A program made the position numbers and the translations under genes. The notes beneath the pieces were generated by a model. It ran no database searches, was not told where the DNA came from, and saw nothing but the letters and a program-made list of their open reading frames with translations. 59,819 bases of DNA from an uncultured Deferribacteres bacterium (GTDB lineage: Bacteria > Zhuqueibacterota > JdFR-76 > BMS3Abin05), in assembly GCA_964568545.1 (NCBI GenBank), contig CAZMRE010000002.1, forward strand, positions 1 to 59,819, read 5' to 3'. Shown here piece by piece: positions 8,943 to 19,730 of the stretch. The first letter of the stretch is position 1. Each line of letters starts with the position of its first letter.

Positions 8943-10376
8943 TTATTTAATGCGTATAAATTCAATCCGCCGGTTTTGTGCACGTCCCGTTTTGGTTGCA
9001 TTGCTTGCAATTGGATCTTCCTCACCATATCCAATTGCTTGAATCCGCTTAGGTTCAATTCCGCGATTTACAAGATACTGCTTTACGGCTTCTGCCCGCT
9101 TTTGAGAAAGATGCAGATTAAAAGCCCGTGAGCCGATACTATCAGTGTATCCGCGTATTTCGACCTCAACATCCGGATTTTGCGCTAGAGATTCATAAAC
9201 AGTATCCAAAATCGAATAAGAATCTGTAGTTAGGGAGGCGCTTCCGCTTTGAAAATGAACCCCTCTTAGAATAATCCGACCGCCCTTATTGAGCATGGAT
9301 TTTGGTTTTTCGTCAGGGCAGCCATCGTCATCGTGGTATCCATTAATGGTTTCAGGGGCATTTGGGCACTTATCGCGCACATCCGGAATGCCGTCCTGGT
9401 CATTGTCGGGGTCTGGGATGCCATCCTTGTCTTGAAAACCATCTAGGTCTTCAGGTTGATTAATCGCTTTATCCAGGGAATCTGGAATCCCATCTTTGTC
9501 ATTATCATAATCGGGGCATCCGTCTGTGTCTTGAAAACCATCTAAGTCTTCTGCCTTATTGGGGCAATGATCCAAGCTATCGGGAATGCCGTCGCCATCA
9601 TTGTCGTAATCCGGTTCGCCGTCATAATCTTCAAAGTTGTCAAAATCCTCCGGGTGCTTGGGGTCTACATCTAACCGGTCTTCAATTCCATCTCCGTCTG
9701 AATCGCGGTGACTGGTACTGTAAAATCGCAATTCAATTCCTGCTTCCGCAATTCCCCGGTTGTCATCAACGGGTCCCCCGTCATAGCTTAAGCCGATTGT
9801 ATCCTCGTTTCCCTTGAATATGTAGTGGAATCTAAAAAAGAGTGATGTTCCGACTTTATCGGAAAAGACTTTCTCTAATCCAAGGCCTGCAACTAATGTG
9901 CCATTAGCAATATCGCCATGCCCAGCAATGGATTTTCCGCGTTCTAGAGAGGATGTGGTATTGGAAATATCTCGAATCTCCCAATCCAAAATACCACCCC
10001 CAATTGAAAAAAAGGGGCGAAACGATTCTTCAGGTAATGGGGTGTACACCAATTGCGTCCAGACAGGCATCAGAAGCGTATGATAATGACTGATATGAGC
10101 AAACTGGGATCCCCCCTTGGAATTTCGCGGGTATACCCACCCATAGGATGTGTTTAGGTCAATAGCCAGCCGACTGGAAAAGCCGTAGCGAACAGACAAA
10201 CCAGCCCATTGTTCTATCGTAGACAGGTCTGCTTGTCCGAGTACCATTTTTACTGGGCCGCCTGTAAAACCTATGCCCCAACGGTGGCTGAGATCCTGAG
10301 AGAATGCAAGCGTTGACATGAGTAAAATCGGGAAAAGAATCAAGCCCATCATTCGCAAAAACGTACGTGCTTTCAT
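8943..10376 (-). CDS. OmpA-family outer membrane protein with thrombospondin type-3 (TSP3) Ca-binding repeats
   Basis: Signal peptide MKARTFLRMMGLILFPILLMSTLAFSQ (start moved to ATG 10376). Repeated DxDxDGxxDxxD units (DSDGDGIEDRLD, DNDGDGIPDSLD, DNDKDGIPDSLD, DNDQDGIPDVRD). C-terminal OmpA_C motif RGYTDSIGSRAFNLHLSQKRAEAV...RRIEF. Confidence 0.85.
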   Translation of the reverse strand: MKARTFLRMMGLILFPILLMSTLAFSQDLSHRWGIGFTGGPVKMVLGQADLSTIEQWAGLSVRYGFSSRLAIDLNTSYGWVYPRNSKGGSQFAHISHYHTLLMPVWTQLVYTPLPEESFRPFFSIGGGILDWEIRDISNTTSSLERGKSIAGHGDIANGTLVAGLGLEKVFSDKVGTSLFFRFHYIFKGNEDTIGLSYDGGPVDDNRGIAEAGIELRFYSTSHRDSDGDGIEDRLDVDPKHPEDFDNFEDYDGEPDYDNDGDGIPDSLDHCPNKAEDLDGFQDTDGCPDYDNDKDGIPDSLDKAINQPEDLDGFQDKDGIPDPDNDQDGIPDVRDKCPNAPETINGYHDDDGCPDEKPKSMLNKGGRIILRGVHFQSGSASLTTDSYSILDTVYESLAQNPDVEVEIRGYTDSIGSRAFNLHLSQKRAEAVKQYLVNRGIEPKRIQAIGYGEEDPIASNATKTGRAQNRRIEFIRIK

Positions 10377-10632
10377 TTTTTTTCTCCCTAATTTGTGAAA
10401 AATTTGATACACGTGTATCATCTATGAACGAAAGAATTGCCCTATATGTGTAATTTAACAAAAAATATGAAATTTATATTTGACATCTGACAAAATTTTT
10501 GTTAATTAATTGTAAGATTCAATAATAAGCTATACCAAATGATACGGATATCCCCAACACGGCAATTTCAGGTACAATAATTGCAGTATTTTCACTCCAG
10601 AATATTAACAATAAATTTTAGGAGGATCCAAA

Positions 10633-11961
10633 ATGAAAACTTTAAACAAAGGTATCCTGTTTTTGGTCATGCTTTTTTTAATTGCAAGTACAAGTTTTGC
10701 TGAAAACCAGAGAAAATATGGCATTGGATTCGATGGCGGTTTTCAGCGAATTCAGGGCGGTTCGCCAATAAATTATTTCAGTGCTGTTTACGGATTATAT
10801 GGCATCTACAATTTGGGTCCCAACTATTCTATCCATGTGCGTGCTAGCTACGGAAAACTGGAAAGCAATAATGGCGGTTATTTTTGGTCTTCCTTAACAC
10901 CTTTGGAAGCCTTCTTTTCTTACAAGTTTATGCGAACACCAAAATTTGAGCCTGCTTTCCATTTTGGTCTGGCGGCTTATCGCTTTACAAACGCAAAGTT
11001 TAAGCCGAAACACTATTATGACGGAGCTATTTTCCCCGGAATTGATATTCAATATTATCCACTACGAAATATATCCGTGCTTTTCTCGGCAGATTATAAA
11101 CTCACAACAGGAAAAGATCTTGACAATGTGTCAACGATCCGGGATGGCTACGCAGTAATTCGGGGCGGTTTAACGTATTATTGGCTAAAAGAATCCAGAA
11201 AGAAACGATTCCAGCCCAAGAGAAAATCTCGTACTACTAGCACTCAAGTTGTGTCAAAGAACAATAAGAAAGCAATTCCCCCCAATCAGCAAGCATCTGC
11301 TGGTAATGAGGAAGATGTATATCTAAAAGTTGTCGAATTGAAATCGACCATTGATAATCTTCAACAAAAATTGAAACAAAAACAGGCACAGATTGACGAA
11401 CTTAAGGTCTTATTGAATATTAAAAAAGATAAAATTGCATTGTTGAATTCAAAAGTTAAGAATTTGCAAGCAAATTCAGCAAGCGGCCAATCCTATTCCT
11501 TAGGCAAAAACGCCCAATTTTCGGGATCCAATACGATGGCGACATCTGCTAAAACTACCAATGCCTCGGCGAATGTAAATTTTAGACGAGCCTATAAAGA
11601 GGCCCTAAATGAATTCAATTCGCGGCAGTACAAAACCGCCATTCGAGATTTTTCTCTCTTAATTCAAACGAATCCGAGCCACCCGCTTGCCAGCAATTGC
11701 CATTATTGGATCGGTGAAAGCTATTATGCGCTAAAAAACTATCAAAAGGCAAAGGAGGCTTTTACTAGCGTTTTATCTTATCAGAAAACCTATAAAAGGC
11801 AGCCGGCACTGTTAATGTTGGGATTATCATATTTAAGAATGGGCAATAAAGAACAAGCCAAAGAACAATTCAGCACACTTATTCGAAAATATCCATCATC
11901 CATCTATGCGAAGAAAGCAAAACGATTTTTGAATAAAATTGAGAGAGTCACAATTTCCTGA
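10633..11961 (+). CDS. outer-membrane beta-barrel / coiled-coil / TPR protein (YbgF/CpoB-like C-terminus)
   Basis: AGGAGG RBS and signal peptide. Aromatic-rich beta-barrel-like N-domain, then a Lys/Gln-rich coiled coil (LQQKLKQKQAQIDELKVLL), then C-terminal TPRs (NCHYWIGESYYALKNYQKAKEAF...). Confidence 0.6.
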   Translation: MKTLNKGILFLVMLFLIASTSFAENQRKYGIGFDGGFQRIQGGSPINYFSAVYGLYGIYNLGPNYSIHVRASYGKLESNNGGYFWSSLTPLEAFFSYKFMRTPKFEPAFHFGLAAYRFTNAKFKPKHYYDGAIFPGIDIQYYPLRNISVLFSADYKLTTGKDLDNVSTIRDGYAVIRGGLTYYWLKESRKKRFQPKRKSRTTSTQVVSKNNKKAIPPNQQASAGNEEDVYLKVVELKSTIDNLQQKLKQKQAQIDELKVLLNIKKDKIALLNSKVKNLQANSASGQSYSLGKNAQFSGSNTMATSAKTTNASANVNFRRAYKEALNEFNSRQYKTAIRDFSLLIQTNPSHPLASNCHYWIGESYYALKNYQKAKEAFTSVLSYQKTYKRQPALLMLGLSYLRMGNKEQAKEQFSTLIRKYPSSIYAKKAKRFLNKIERVTIS

Positions 11962-11984
11962 TCACTAATTCTGTGAAACAATGG

Positions 11985-12019
11985 AGCCTGCCAAGTAATT
12001 ATATCGGCAGGCTTTTTTA
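11985..12019 (+). terminator. rho-independent terminator between convergent genes
   Basis: GCCTGCC-N13-GGCAGGC hairpin followed by TTTTTT. Confidence 0.6.
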
Positions 12020-12025
12020 TTTCGT

Positions 12026-13336
12026 TTAGATGTCTAATTTGTTGGAAAAATAATTCAAAAGTTGTGCGGACGCGATTCGAATTTGTTCCATGCTGTCTCT
12101 GTCGCGAACAGTAACGGTTTGGTCTTCAAGTGTTTGGGAATCTACTGTGACGCAATATGGGGTTCCGATTTCATCCTGACGGCGATATCGACGGCCGATG
12201 GCACCGCTTATATCGTAAAAGGTTTTGTATTTTTTCTGCAGGTCGGCCTGAATTTTTTGAGCGATCTCTGGCATTCCTTCCTTTTTAATCAGCGGGAAAA
12301 CAGCAATTTTGATGGGAGCAATTTTTGGGTTCATTTTCAAAACCACCCGTGTTTCTCCCTTGACTTCCTCTTCCTGATAGGAATCGGAAAGAACGGTTAG
12401 TAAGGTGCGGTCAACGCCTGCTGATGTTTCAATGATGTAAGGAATGTAGCGCTCATGGGTTTGATCATCAAAATAGCGCAAATCTTTTCCGGAGAATTGT
12501 TGGTGTCGGCTCAGATCAAAGTCCGTGCGATTGTGAATGCCCTCCAATTCCTTCCAGCCAAAGGGGAATTCGTACTCGATGTCAAAGGCAGCTTTTGCGT
12601 AGTGAGCCAATTCATCCGGACCATGTTGATGAAAACGCAGTTTTTCGGAGCGAATTCCCAGTTCGCCGTACCAGGCCATTCGAGCGGCTTTCCATTTCGC
12701 AAAAAAGTCTTCGTCTGTACCAGGCTTGACGAAATACTGCATTTCCATCTGTTCAAATTCGCGGGTTCGGAAAATGAAATTGCCCGGCGTGATCTCGTTT
12801 CGAAAAGCCTTTCCGATTTGAGCTATTCCGAAAGGAATTTTTTTGCGGGATGCTTTTTGCACGTTCAGAAAATTGACGTAAATTCCCTGGGCAGTTTCAG
12901 GCCGAAGGTAGATTGTATTTGTTTCGTCTTCAACAGGACCCATAAAAGTTTTGAACATCAAATTAAACTGACGCGCTTCGGTAAGTTCCCCGCCGCAAAC
13001 GGGGCATTTATTGCCTTCAATTTCGTCGGCGCGAAAACGACGCTTGCATTTCTTGCAGTCAACCATGGGGTCTGTAAAATTTTCCACATGCCCGGAAGCC
13101 TTCCAAACAGTGGGATGCATGATGATACTGGCGTCGAGTCCCTCGATATCGTTTCGCCAAAAGACCATTGATCGCCACCAGAATTCCTTAATATTTCGCT
13201 TCAACTCCACGCCGACTGGCCCGTAATCCCAGCAACTGTTAATGCCGCCGTAAATTTCACTGGATTGAAAAACAATGCCGCGCCGCTTGCTGAGGGAGAC
13301 GAGTTTGTCCATCATGTTTCCACTTGATTTTGCCAT
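12026..13336 (-). CDS. glyQS: glycine--tRNA ligase (homodimeric class II type)
   Basis: [36 protein letters not shown] and [25 protein letters not shown] class-II motifs. Confidence 0.9.
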   Translation of the reverse strand: MAKSSGNMMDKLVSLSKRRGIVFQSSEIYGGINSCWDYGPVGVELKRNIKEFWWRSMVFWRNDIEGLDASIIMHPTVWKASGHVENFTDPMVDCKKCKRRFRADEIEGNKCPVCGGELTEARQFNLMFKTFMGPVEDETNTIYLRPETAQGIYVNFLNVQKASRKKIPFGIAQIGKAFRNEITPGNFIFRTREFEQMEMQYFVKPGTDEDFFAKWKAARMAWYGELGIRSEKLRFHQHGPDELAHYAKAAFDIEYEFPFGWKELEGIHNRTDFDLSRHQQFSGKDLRYFDDQTHERYIPYIIETSAGVDRTLLTVLSDSYQEEEVKGETRVVLKMNPKIAPIKIAVFPLIKKEGMPEIAQKIQADLQKKYKTFYDISGAIGRRYRRQDEIGTPYCVTVDSQTLEDQTVTVRDRDSMEQIRIASAQLLNYFSNKLDI

Positions 13337-13357
13337 TCAGGTAGTACCTCCGAATAT

Positions 13358-14113
13358 TTAGTGTATGGATCGCAAGAAATTAACCGAGCGAAGAATTGCC
13401 AATTCATTAAAATGCATTTTTAAATAATATAATAAAAAATTTTCAATTTCTAAAAAAGTTTTTTTTGAAGCTGTTAGTTTTTCAATATTTTGCCAGGGAT
13501 ATTCTCTTAAAGCCAGAATAAATTTTATTCCATCTACAGACACTGGTAACCCGGAATGCTTGTTTCCTCCACATTTTTCGCAAATATAGCCGCCGCGATC
13601 AAAATCAAAATACACATAATCGCCGGTGGGGGGCTGTCCGCATTTTAGGCAGCGTCTTAGTTTTGGGTGAAATCCACTAATTTCAATAAAGCGAATCAAA
13701 AATGCATTAAAATAATTTCGATAATTTGCACTGCTGTTTATTCCCTCAAATGAGGAAATGATCGTGTGAAATAATCGTGGATTTCCTTCGCCCGGCATCT
13801 GTGTGCGATAAATGATTTCAGCTACAATACTAGCATACGAAAACCGGTTTAAGTCGTCTCTTAAGTGCGAAAAGGCCTTAACCAATTCGGCATTCGATAG
13901 GAACTGAAGTTCCCGTGTTTCCTTAAAATAATAAACGATTCTCAAATAATTTAATCCGTCCAACAAGGCCCCGAATTTACTTTTTGAGCTTCGAACCCCT
14001 TTTGCGATTAATTGGAGTCGGCCGTATTCTTTGGAATAAACGGAAACAATTTTACTGGTTTCTCGAAAGTCGTGTGTTTTAAGAACGATGGCTTCTGATT
14101 TAAGAATCGACAT
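13358..14113 (-). CDS. recO: DNA repair protein RecO
   Basis: OB-fold N-terminus SEAIVLKTHDFRETSKIVSVYSKEYGRLQLIAKG and a Cys4 zinc module (CLKCG...CEKCG). Confidence 0.85.
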   Translation of the reverse strand: MSILKSEAIVLKTHDFRETSKIVSVYSKEYGRLQLIAKGVRSSKSKFGALLDGLNYLRIVYYFKETRELQFLSNAELVKAFSHLRDDLNRFSYASIVAEIIYRTQMPGEGNPRLFHTIISSFEGINSSANYRNYFNAFLIRFIEISGFHPKLRRCLKCGQPPTGDYVYFDFDRGGYICEKCGGNKHSGLPVSVDGIKFILALREYPWQNIEKLTASKKTFLEIENFLLYYLKMHFNELAILRSVNFLRSIH

Positions 14114-14228
14114 TTTTATTTTTTAGAATTAAAGTTTGTGCCTTTTTATGGAAATCCCGCCATTAATGAATTATGGTGATTGTACAAGGAAAGTCTAGCG
14201 TGGCCAAGCCCTAAAAAATAAGTGTCAA

Positions 14229-14333
14229 GGCCACAAAGAATTCACAAAGCTTGCCGCGGAAAAACCAATTTCCCTTTATTCTTTGAATTCTTTGTATCTT
14301 CTTCGAGAACTTTGTGGTGAAAAAAAATTTTTA
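14229..14333. repeat. imperfect inverted repeats built from CACAAAG/CTTTGTG units, ending in A8T5
   Basis: CCACAAAGAATTCACAAAG (14231-14249) is complementary to CTTTGAATTCTTTGT (14281-14295) and to CTTTGTGG (14310-14317). This is followed by TGAAAAAAAATTTTT. Confidence 0.55.
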
Positions 14334-14442
14334 CAGAAAACAAAGACTTAATTGGTACAATTATGATACAAAAACACAAAAAAGCTGTCTATTCTCTTCA
14401 ATTGACTTAAACAATCACCACAATTTATTGCGATGAAATGCA

Positions 14443-15840
14443 TTAGGACATTAATTTAATGAAAATGGTCACCATCGAAAAATAAATCAGCAGCCCGAAG
14501 ATGTCGTTGGACGTTGTAATAAATGGACTTGTGGCAACAGCCGGATCAATTCCGATTTTCTTAAGAAAAAAAGGAATGATCGCACCCATAAATGCTGCAT
14601 TCTCAATAACCACGATCATGGAGATGCCAATCATCATGCCCAATTTTACATCGTGAAGCCAAAGGCTGGAAATCGAAAAAACAAGCGTTGCCAGAATAAT
14701 TCCGTTAAGGAAAGCAACCAAAAATTCATGGTAAAGCCGTTTTCGGGTGTCGATAAGTGCAATTTCACCGGTTGCCAATCCGCGAATAACTACCACAGCC
14801 GCTTGGTTGCCGACGTTTCCACCCACGGCCATTATCAAAGGTACGAAAAAAACAACAGAAATCAAATGAGAAATAGACACCTGAAACCGACTCATCAAAT
14901 AGCCGGAAATAATTTCACCGCCAAAAGCTACCAAAAGCCACGGCAGCCTGGAACGGCTTACTTTGAAAGGGGATGTTTCCGGAATATCGGTTTCGGTAAT
15001 ACCGGCCATCATTGTAATGTCTTCGGATGCTTCATCTTCAATCACATCGATCACATCGTCAATTGTGATGCGACCAACCAGCCGGTCTTTTGAATCCACA
15101 ACCGGTACAGAGACCAGATCGTACTTTTTTACAATTCGAGCAACCTCTTCTTGATCCATGTCCGTGTGGACGGAAATAATATCCGTATCCATAACGTCTT
15201 TTACCCGGGCACCCCGTCGCGAAAGAATTAATTTTTTAAGAGGAATTTCGCCCACCAGACGGCCGTCATTATCAATGGCGTAAACATTGTAGATTTCTTC
15301 AACCTCTTCTGCCTTTTCCCGAATTTCCTGAATGGCTTCGTCCACAGAATCGTCCTGATTAACGGCCACAAATTCCTTGGCCATAATTCCACCGGCCGTT
15401 TCGCTGTGGTGGGCCAACAGCTCCCTGACTTCCTCCTGTTCCTCTTTATTAATTTTCGAAAGAACATTTTCCGCCAGTGGTTCGGGAAGTTCTGAAATAA
15501 TGTCCGTGGCATCGTCCGAATCCATTTCGGTAAGAACTTCCGAAATTTCTTTGGCATTCAAATCCTCAAGAAGTTCGTCGATGAGCGGCTGATCCAATTC
15601 TGACAGGATCTCGGAGGCAATGTCTTTTGGGAGAAGTCTGAAGATGTACCGGCGATCATCCTCATTAAAATAGCGTAAGATCTCCGCAATATCCGCCGGG
15701 TGCAGATTAAGCAGAATGTTGAGAATAAAATGGTCGGCCTTCTGATCGACTAATTCGCGCAAATCGTCGATCGTTTCCCTTAAAGCCTCTTCGCTTAGAA
15801 TTGCGTCGTGTTTAGATGCCTGTTTGACAGTTGTATCCAT
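14443..15840 (-). CDS. mgtE: magnesium transporter MgtE
   Basis: MgtE N-domain (LLNLHPADIAEILRYF), tandem CBS domains, and a C-terminal 5-TM channel (GNVGNQAAVVVIRGLATGEI). Confidence 0.9.
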   Translation of the reverse strand: MDTTVKQASKHDAILSEEALRETIDDLRELVDQKADHFILNILLNLHPADIAEILRYFNEDDRRYIFRLLPKDIASEILSELDQPLIDELLEDLNAKEISEVLTEMDSDDATDIISELPEPLAENVLSKINKEEQEEVRELLAHHSETAGGIMAKEFVAVNQDDSVDEAIQEIREKAEEVEEIYNVYAIDNDGRLVGEIPLKKLILSRRGARVKDVMDTDIISVHTDMDQEEVARIVKKYDLVSVPVVDSKDRLVGRITIDDVIDVIEDEASEDITMMAGITETDIPETSPFKVSRSRLPWLLVAFGGEIISGYLMSRFQVSISHLISVVFFVPLIMAVGGNVGNQAAVVVIRGLATGEIALIDTRKRLYHEFLVAFLNGIILATLVFSISSLWLHDVKLGMMIGISMIVVIENAAFMGAIIPFFLKKIGIDPAVATSPFITTSNDIFGLLIYFSMVTIFIKLMS

Positions 15841-16598
15841 TCGTCTATTGAAACCTCTTCGGGACGTCTGCTGAAATCAAAATCGATTTTTTGCTGAATT
15901 GCCAGCGGAAAAATAGGCTTGAGCGAATTTCGCAAACGCTTACGCCGCTGCCGAAAAGCTGTTTTAATTAATTGCAAGAAATATACATCATTTTTCGGAA
16001 TTTGTTCCCTTTGGGATTTCCATTTTAGCTGCACCAAAGCAGAATCCACACGGGGCCGGGGCCGAAAAACCGCCGAGGGAACTTTAAAAATAAGCCGCAC
16101 ATCGGCAAAGGTTTGAACCCAAATGGACAAAATCCCGTAATCTTTGGTTCGGGGTTTTCCAACCATTCTTTCCGCTACCTCGCGCTGCATCATCAGAGTA
16201 GCGCTGTGTGCAAATTGGCGTTCTTTGATCAGCTTGAAAAGAACAGGACTCGTAATACTGTACGGTAAATTTCCAACCACATGAATTGGTTGCATGCCGA
16301 TTTCCGAGAGCTTCAGCGTTAAAAAATCAGCATGAATGAGAGAAAAATTTGAATGTTTGCCGAAAGTCTCTTTTAAGTAATCGGCATAAAAATTATCTAA
16401 TTCAACGGCTACAACGTGAAACTTTTTGGCCAGTAAAAATTCTGTCAGCATTCCGCGGCCGGGGCCAATCTCCAGTACCGTTTCGCCGGGGCCAGCAGGA
16501 ATGGCCTCCACGATTTTTCGCGCAATATTTGGATCGATTAAAAAATTCTGCCCGAGACTTTTTTTGGCCGCAGGAAAATAGTCCGTTCTCTTAGGCAT
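15795..16598 (-). CDS. rsmA: 16S rRNA (adenine1518/1519-N6)-dimethyltransferase
   Basis: KKSLGQNFLIDPNIARKIV and the SAM motif VLEIGPGRGMLT. The 3' end overlaps the mgtE start by 46 nt. Confidence 0.9.
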   Translation of the reverse strand: MPKRTDYFPAAKKSLGQNFLIDPNIARKIVEAIPAGPGETVLEIGPGRGMLTEFLLAKKFHVVAVELDNFYADYLKETFGKHSNFSLIHADFLTLKLSEIGMQPIHVVGNLPYSITSPVLFKLIKERQFAHSATLMMQREVAERMVGKPRTKDYGILSIWVQTFADVRLIFKVPSAVFRPRPRVDSALVQLKWKSQREQIPKNDVYFLQLIKTAFRQRRKRLRNSLKPIFPLAIQQKIDFDFSRRPEEVSIDEWIQLSNRHLNTTQF

Positions 16599-17364
16599 TT
16601 TTCAGCTTTTGAAATAGCCGATATGCATTCTTTGTTGTCGTTCTTGCGATTTCTTCAAGAGGTACATCTTTCACTTCGCTGAATTTTTCGGCAACGTACC
16701 GAACAAAGGCCGGTTCATTTCGTTTTCCTCGGAAAGGTACCGGCGCAAGAAATGGGGAATCCGTTTCAATCATTAGCTTCGTGAGAGGCAGTTCCCGGAG
16801 CACATTGACAGAGTCGGATTTTTTGAACGTTACCGTTCCGGTAAATGAGATCAGGAAACCGGCCTCCAGAACCCGATGGGCGGTGGCAACACCACTTGAA
16901 AAACAGTGGAAAACCCCGGTAACCAACTCGCATTCTTTCCCCTCCACAATTGGCAAAATATCCGTGTCGGCTTCCCGATTGTGAATAATGACCGGCAAAT
17001 TTGTTTCGTTGGCCAGTTGCAGAAATCGTCGGAATACCTGAATTTGGAGATCTCTCGGGTTGTAGTCTCGATAGTAGTCCAGGCCAATTTCGCCAATCGC
17101 CACAACCTTTGGGTGCGCGGCCCACTCGTAAAATGTCTGGATACGGGTTTCAGAATAATTCTGTGCGTCCTGAGGGTGAATTCCCACGGCGGCATAAACC
17201 TGAGGGTAATGTTCGGCCAAATCAATTGCCAGCCGGCTGCTCTTTTCATCAACGGAAGGCACAATAATTTTGTCTACTCCTTCGGCAACGGCACGCTGAA
17301 TGACCGCGTCGCGATCGGCATCGAAAGATTCAAAATTTAAATGAGCATGGGTATCGATAAACAT
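16591..17364 (-). CDS. tatD: TatD family metal-dependent hydrolase
   Basis: MFIDTHAHLNFESF start (ATG 17364 preferred over the track's 17412). EIGLDYY and HCFSG motifs. Confidence 0.85.
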   Translation of the reverse strand: MFIDTHAHLNFESFDADRDAVIQRAVAEGVDKIIVPSVDEKSSRLAIDLAEHYPQVYAAVGIHPQDAQNYSETRIQTFYEWAAHPKVVAIGEIGLDYYRDYNPRDLQIQVFRRFLQLANETNLPVIIHNREADTDILPIVEGKECELVTGVFHCFSSGVATAHRVLEAGFLISFTGTVTFKKSDSVNVLRELPLTKLMIETDSPFLAPVPFRGKRNEPAFVRYVAEKFSEVKDVPLEEIARTTTKNAYRLFQKLKNA

Positions 17365-17624
17365 TGATGAACCAATATAGTTGTATTCCTTTAGCTTTTC
17401 ATGAAAATGCACGCTTTTTGCACAAACAGAATCATAATGGCTGTTTTTTCGCTAAACTGGCAACCGCAGAGATTTAGAATTCCCTGTTTCCAGATCCCCA
17501 TTATTTTCCGGCAATAAATCTATCTTTACAAAAGCAAAGGGCCATTTGATTTTTAAATTCGTTTCCAGTTGCTTATTTGTTTAAAGATGACAAAAGTCTG
17601 CATTATCCAAATGAACAAAGATTC

Positions 17625-19730
17625 TTATTTGATTTTAGCACCCGGCTCAATGTCTTTATCCACCGTGAGCACCGAAATATAATCACCGGATGAGGCTGCC
17701 AGCAGCATACCGTTGGATTCCACTCCCCGGATGACAGCGGGCTCCAGATTAGCAACGACAATAATTGTTTTCCCGACCAGGCTCTCCGGGGGGTAGGCTT
17801 TTGCAACTCCAGCCACAATTTGGCGGACTTCGGTGCCCAGATCAATTTGCAATTTTACCAGACGGTCAGCATCTTCTACAGCTTCAGCAGTTAAAACCTT
17901 TGCAACCCGTAAATCTATTTTTTTAAATTCGTCAATTGAGAGTTTGTCCATCGATTGTTCCTTTCCAGCCTTTTTTGGTGTTTGAGTCCTTTTTTGGATG
18001 TCCGGCTCAGGTGTTTTTATTGATAGTGCAGCGGGTTCCTGTCCCGTGGCAATGGCAGCCAAACGATCGGATTCCGCTTCAATTACAGAATCTTCGATCT
18101 TTTTGAAGAGAATGGATACGTTGCCCAGGCGGTGTCCCGGGCGCAGGGTTAATTTTGATATATTTTCCCACATCTGGTTGCTCACGGTTCCGGGCAAATT
18201 GAGCATCCGCCAGATTTTTTCCGAAGAAAAGGGAAGAATCGGATGCCACAAAATTGCCAGGGCGCGGCCTAATTCCAGGCAGAGATAAAGCGTGGTTTTG
18301 CATTTTTCAGGATTGTTTCTCCGCGTGTTCCAGGGTTCCTGATCGTTAAAATATTTGTTGGCAAAACGGGATATTTCCATTAATTCGCGTGTGGCTGCCC
18401 GCACTTCGTATTTTTCAAAAAGATTTCCAATTTTCGCCGGTGCCTTTTCTAACTGGGCGATCAAGTCTTCGTCAAGCGAATCAAAGGTCCCCGGGACGGG
18501 TACTCTGCCATTGAAATACCGCTCCACGAAGGAAAGGGTTCGGTTGACGAAGTTTCCAAGAATATCTGCCAGTTCGTTGTTGTTGCGGTTTTGAAATTCT
18601 TTCCACGAAAAATCAGCGTCTTTTGATTCTGGGGCATTGGCGGCCAGTGTGTACCGAAGTGGATCGGGAGGGAATTTTTTCAAATAATCATCCAGCCAAA
18701 CAGCGTAATTTTTGCTCGTGGAAAGTTTTCGTCCCTCCAAATTTAAAAATTCGTTGGCAGGAATATCGGTGGGAAGAATGTACTCACCCCGCCCCATGAG
18801 CATGGCTGGCCAGACAATGGCATGGAAAACAATGTTATCCTTTCCAATGAAATGTACCAATTTGGTTTTCGGATCGAGCCAATAGTCCTTCCATCGGTCC
18901 GGGTGGCCAATTTTCTGAGCCCATTCCTTTGTTGAAGAGATATACCCGATTGGTGCCTCAAACCAGACGTAGAGCACCTTCCCTTCGTGATTTTTGAGCG
19001 GAACCGGAACACCCCAATCCAGGTCGCGCGTAACGGCGCGATCCTCTAACCCTTCCTGGAACCAGCCGTAGCAAAAATTTTTGACGTTGTCCTTCCAATT
19101 TTTTTTGGACATGATCCACGCTCTAATCTGATCCTGGAATCGTGCCAAGGGCAGGAACCAGTGAGTGGTCTTTTTTAGGATGGGCGTGGTTCCACACACC
19201 GCGCACTTAGGGTTAATGAGCTGGGTGGGCTCCAGCCATTTTCCGCATTTTTCGCACTGGTCACCCCTTGCTTCCGGATTTCCGCAGTACGGGCAGGTGC
19301 CTATCACATAACGATCAGCTAAAAATCGCTTGCACTTGGGACAGTAAAATTGTTCTGTGGTGTGCGTAACCAGCAGTTTTTTCCGGTACAATCGCAAGAA
19401 AAACTCCTGTGCGGTGCGGTGGTGGATTTTGAGAGACGTACGCGAAAAATTGTCAAAATGAATCCCAAATTTTTCAAAATGCACCCTGTGGTTTTCGTGG
19501 TAGTAATCGACTATATCTTGAGGTGTAGTTCCCTGTTTTTCGGCCGCAATCGTGATGGGAACACCGTGTTCATCTGTCCCGCAAATAAAAAGGACGTCAT
19601 TTTTATTTAATTTTTGGTAGCGTACATAAATGTCGGCAGGCAGGTAGGCTCCGGCAAGATGTCCCAGATGAATAGGGCCGTTGGCATACGGAAGTGCACT
19701 GGTAACCAGGATCTTTTTATTTTCACTCAT
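17625..19730 (-). CDS. metG: methionine--tRNA ligase with C-terminal tRNA-binding domain
   Basis: HLGH (PIHLGHLAG) and KLSTS (KMSKS-type) signatures and a Cys-rich zinc knuckle. C-terminal EMAP/Trbp111-like domain DLRVAKVLTAEAVEDADRLVKLQIDLG. Confidence 0.95.
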   Translation of the reverse strand: MSENKKILVTSALPYANGPIHLGHLAGAYLPADIYVRYQKLNKNDVLFICGTDEHGVPITIAAEKQGTTPQDIVDYYHENHRVHFEKFGIHFDNFSRTSLKIHHRTAQEFFLRLYRKKLLVTHTTEQFYCPKCKRFLADRYVIGTCPYCGNPEARGDQCEKCGKWLEPTQLINPKCAVCGTTPILKKTTHWFLPLARFQDQIRAWIMSKKNWKDNVKNFCYGWFQEGLEDRAVTRDLDWGVPVPLKNHEGKVLYVWFEAPIGYISSTKEWAQKIGHPDRWKDYWLDPKTKLVHFIGKDNIVFHAIVWPAMLMGRGEYILPTDIPANEFLNLEGRKLSTSKNYAVWLDDYLKKFPPDPLRYTLAANAPESKDADFSWKEFQNRNNNELADILGNFVNRTLSFVERYFNGRVPVPGTFDSLDEDLIAQLEKAPAKIGNLFEKYEVRAATRELMEISRFANKYFNDQEPWNTRRNNPEKCKTTLYLCLELGRALAILWHPILPFSSEKIWRMLNLPGTVSNQMWENISKLTLRPGHRLGNVSILFKKIEDSVIEAESDRLAAIATGQEPAALSIKTPEPDIQKRTQTPKKAGKEQSMDKLSIDEFKKIDLRVAKVLTAEAVEDADRLVKLQIDLGTEVRQIVAGVAKAYPPESLVGKTIIVVANLEPAVIRGVESNGMLLAASSGDYISVLTVDKDIEPGAKIK

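Noticed and set aside
9380-9620. Tandem nucleotide repeats (GTCTTGAAAACCATCTA[A/G]GTCTTC appears twice), considered as a possible CRISPR or satellite
   Set aside because: They are in-frame TSP3 Ca-binding repeats of the OmpA-family protein. The FG-GAP repeats at 55.7-56.8 kb and the poly-Glu tract are likewise coding. No CRISPR-like repeat-spacer array exists in the window.
15841-16598. Expected an M-box (Mg riboswitch) upstream of mgtE
   Set aside because: There is no leader region. The rsmA coding sequence overlaps the mgtE start by 46 nt.
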